Shown here piece by piece: positions 30,406-32,853 of a stretch of 32,853 nt of DNA (within the stretch, counting starts at the first letter, position 1; each line of letters begins with the position of its first letter). Origin of the DNA: Malassezia furfur (taxonomy: Eukaryota); the NCBI GenBank assembly GCA_052055015.1, contig JBQJIT010000081.1; one strand, written 5' to 3'. The notes beneath the pieces were generated by a model, which made no database searches, was not told the DNA's origin, and worked only from the letters and a program-made list of their open reading frames with translations. The translations under genes and the position numbers were made by a program.

Positions 30406-30418
30406 CACGTGGCACGTG
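30406..30418. promoter_or_regulatory. Tandem CACGTG E-boxes in the SRP1/NDUFA6 divergent promoter (representative of 13 intergenic copies)
   Basis: GCACGTGGCACGTGAC centred in a 114-nt head-to-head gap; the same hexamer recurs in many promoters of the window. Confidence 0.55.
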
Positions 30419-30467
30419 ACAGGGATTGAAGGAGGGCGCCGGCGGCCAGACGATTACAAACGCGATC

Positions 30468-30956
30468 ATGACGACTATCCCGGCGCGCTTGGCGAGGGCC
30501 ACCCAGGTCTCCTCGTCGTTGGCACACGCACAGAGCCGCTCGCGCGCGCTCTACCGCGCATTCTACCGTGCTGTATGTACTATATGCCCTCTCATACCAG
30601 GCTCCCGAGATTTGTGCGCTCTACCCGCTCGATGTGCCTCCGGCCATGCTCCGGGCAAAGATGCGCACCATGTTCGAGCAGAACCGCCATGTCCGCGACG
30701 TCGCTGTGCTTGATGTGCTGCTCCTCAAGGCACAACAGGAGTACCAGGAGACCATGAATGCGTGGAAGCAGACGTCGCATGTCATGAAGTGGTTCACAGA
30801 GGAGGAGGTACGTACACCGAGCCGAAAGACTGACGCAGGCGCCTTGTACGTTGTCTATCCATGCGCAACTAACCTACAGCCAAGCCCAAGAGCTTCTTGG
30901 AGAAGTTCTACGCAACGCGCGACGAGGGCCGTGGCCCGACCCACGAGGGACTCTAG
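30468..30956 (+). CDS. NDUFA6: NADH:ubiquinone oxidoreductase B14 subunit (NDUFA6, LYR family)
   Basis: [13 protein letters not shown]...FEQNRHV...[23 protein letters not shown]...KSFLEKFY. Introns 30573-30600 (28), 30808-30838 (31) and 30846-30879 (34), with a 7-nt exon between the last two. Confidence 0.9.
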
Positions 30957-31023
30957 ACAGGGTGTCGGTATACAGCCTTTGCGGAATAGATTACACACTA
31001 TGAATGCAACCACAGGTGCCGTG

Positions 31024-32118
31024 TCACAAGAAGTACTGTGACGCAGTGCTGCGCGCAGGGACCATGCGGTCCTGATCGGGTACTGGGTCAGCGCGCAGTA
31101 CTTACCTGCGTCGAAAATTTTGAAGTGCGACGCGCCGAACCGAGTCGCGTTATCTTCCTCCTTAGCCGCCTCGGTCGTTTCCTGCGCTTCCTTTTGCAAG
31201 TTTTCCGCATCAAGCAGGTCGTCGACCTGGAAAACGGATGCAACGTTTCCACATCGGTAGCAATAGTTCGGCGCGGACCACACCGTGACGATGTTTTTGT
31301 CATGCATCATTTTGAACCCTTCCTGCACGAGCTGGTGCGCCCGCGCAATGAGCTCCAGGCCGTTCAGGTGGTTGAACTCCTTCGTAACCTGCCGGCCAAA
31401 CAGCCAGCCCGCCCCGCGGGGACTCACACTCCACGTCTCGATATCTTCTGGGTCCGACCACATCAGGTCACAGAACGGCCCTTCGTGCGGCACCTCTTGC
31501 ATACGCATGATCGTGCGGATCTGGTCAAGGGTGCGCAGTTCGGGGCTTAGACCACCATGGATGCACAGCACACGGCCGTCGATAATCTAGATCAGCCACC
31601 ATCCACGTACAGCTGCAATATTCAGATAGTCGAACACCTGACAACAGCTCTTCCAAACAGCTGCGCTGCCATATTTCTGCATGCATTCGTCTGCGTCAGA
31701 GAGCTCACTCGTACCGTAGAAGCCATAGACCTGGGTGATCTGGCGACTTTCGTGGTTTCCACGCAACAACGTAATCCGGTGAGGATATCGTGCCTTGAGT
31801 GCGAGCAGGAGCGATAGCGTCTCGAGCGAAAAGTAACCGCGATCGACAAAGTCGCCCTGGGCATGAGTGTGTGGCACATACCATAAAGATATAGCCCGTG
31901 TCTGGCAAGTCGCCGCCCACACGGAACAATTCAAGAAGATCGTAAAACTGGCCGTGGATGTCGCCACACACAGTCACCGGGCTGGATACCGGCTGGATAT
32001 TGCTCTCTTCCATCATGATGTTGCGCACCTGCTCGCAGAGAGCCTTCATGTCCTCCTCGGGCAGGTACTTGCATTCGCGCAACTGGGCAATCCAGGAATC
32101 TGGGTTACCCACCGTCAT
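31024..32118 (-). CDS. SIT4: PP6-type Ser/Thr protein phosphatase catalytic subunit (Sit4/Ppe1)
   Basis: [60 protein letters not shown]-terminal YFL. Introns 31857-31881 (25), 31691-31714 (24), 31587-31610 (24), 31083-31105 (23). Confidence 0.92.
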
Positions 32119-32479
32119 TTTTGGTAGTCTTCGACACCGACGAATGCGCCAATGAACCCACGCACGGTGCTCTCTATCGATTCCAACCAACGGCGTCCAA
32201 GTACGCTAGTGCTGGACGGTTGGTGCACAGAACACGCAAGCGGATCTCCTCGCAGAGCCAGAACAAGAGATTGGCGCCGGTGCGCCGATGTTTTACGCGC
32301 GACGCTTAATTCCTGCTCCACCGTGGTACCGCGACCAACGGCACCGGCCGGGTCCCCTTGTGTAGGTGCTCTATGTAGCGTTCTACTACGTAACTAGCGC
32401 GTCGTACTCTGTCCTAGCGCCTAGCGTATCCCTGGAGCAAGGCATCAAGGGGTGGAGGTCCTGGCTCCCTCTCACGACC

Positions 32480-32853
32480 ATGCTCCCAACTGGATCGGCG
32501 TGGAAGCAAGCGGACTCATCACGCGAGCCGGGCGCATCGACTCCCGTGTCGCGCACACAGCGCCTGCAACGGCTCGAGAAGAACACGTCCAAGGGTCCTG
32601 AGACGCCCGAAGAACGACTGCGGCGCCTTGCACGCCGCGTGGATACCTGGACGGAGTCGCGCAGCGACAAGTCCATTTGGCAGAGCTGGATGTGTACGTG
32701 TATTTTTCTCACGCAGCCATTGCACCCAAGACGCGCATCACATTAGGCCTCGGTGCTATCGGTATGCCTAGGTGTCTAACGCAGCATTCTCGCTCGGTGG
32801 CTTGTACATTGCCGACTACTTGGAAAAACAATACCCCGCACGGAACAACCGCG
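32480..32853 (+). CDS. Small uncharacterised protein with one predicted TM helix; 3'-partial
   Basis: ATG at 32480; introns 32694-32716 and 32762-32784 (23 nt each) give ...SIWQSWM|SIAPKTRITLGLGAI|AFSLGGLYIADYLEKQYP..., open to the window end. Confidence 0.7.

Noticed and set aside
32366..32479. Upstream in-frame extension of the last gene
   Set aside because: Begins at GTG with no in-frame ATG before 32480; the ORF track uses bacterial-style alternative starts that are not applicable by default.

Overview
Eukaryotic, GC-rich and extremely gene-dense fungal DNA. Gene content, compaction and tiny GT-AG introns point to a Malassezia-like ustilaginomycotan basidiomycete yeast (inference; the species cannot be fixed from this window). 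I can reconstruct 23 protein-coding genes, mostly housekeeping: IRC20/SHPRH-like (5'-partial), TAY1-like double-Myb, a Mei2-like RRM protein, Rab5/VPS21, PAN6, a divergent MAP1, COX9, TAH18, EF1-gamma, PRE9, SMD3, NHP6, CTP1, a coiled-coil protein, MRD1, MED10, RPN3, an uncharacterised protein, a LIM protein, PCT1, SRP1, NDUFA6, SIT4 and a 3'-partial small membrane protein. There are also two intronic box C/D snoRNAs (snR38-like, snR64-like). The most striking signal is the splicing architecture. By hand I resolved 45 coding-region introns: 43 are 21-39 nt (mode 23, median 24), with the branch point nearly fused to the acceptor, and the only two long ones (164 and 157 nt) each carry a snoRNA. 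Other points: a 7-nt microexon, 10-45 nt intergenic gaps, CACGTG concentrated in promoters, and a zinc-finger-less MetAP1 head-to-head with PAN6. No mobile elements, CRISPR, tRNA or rRNA were seen. All intron calls are manual, based on consensus sites plus restoration of conserved reading frames, and lack transcript evidence.
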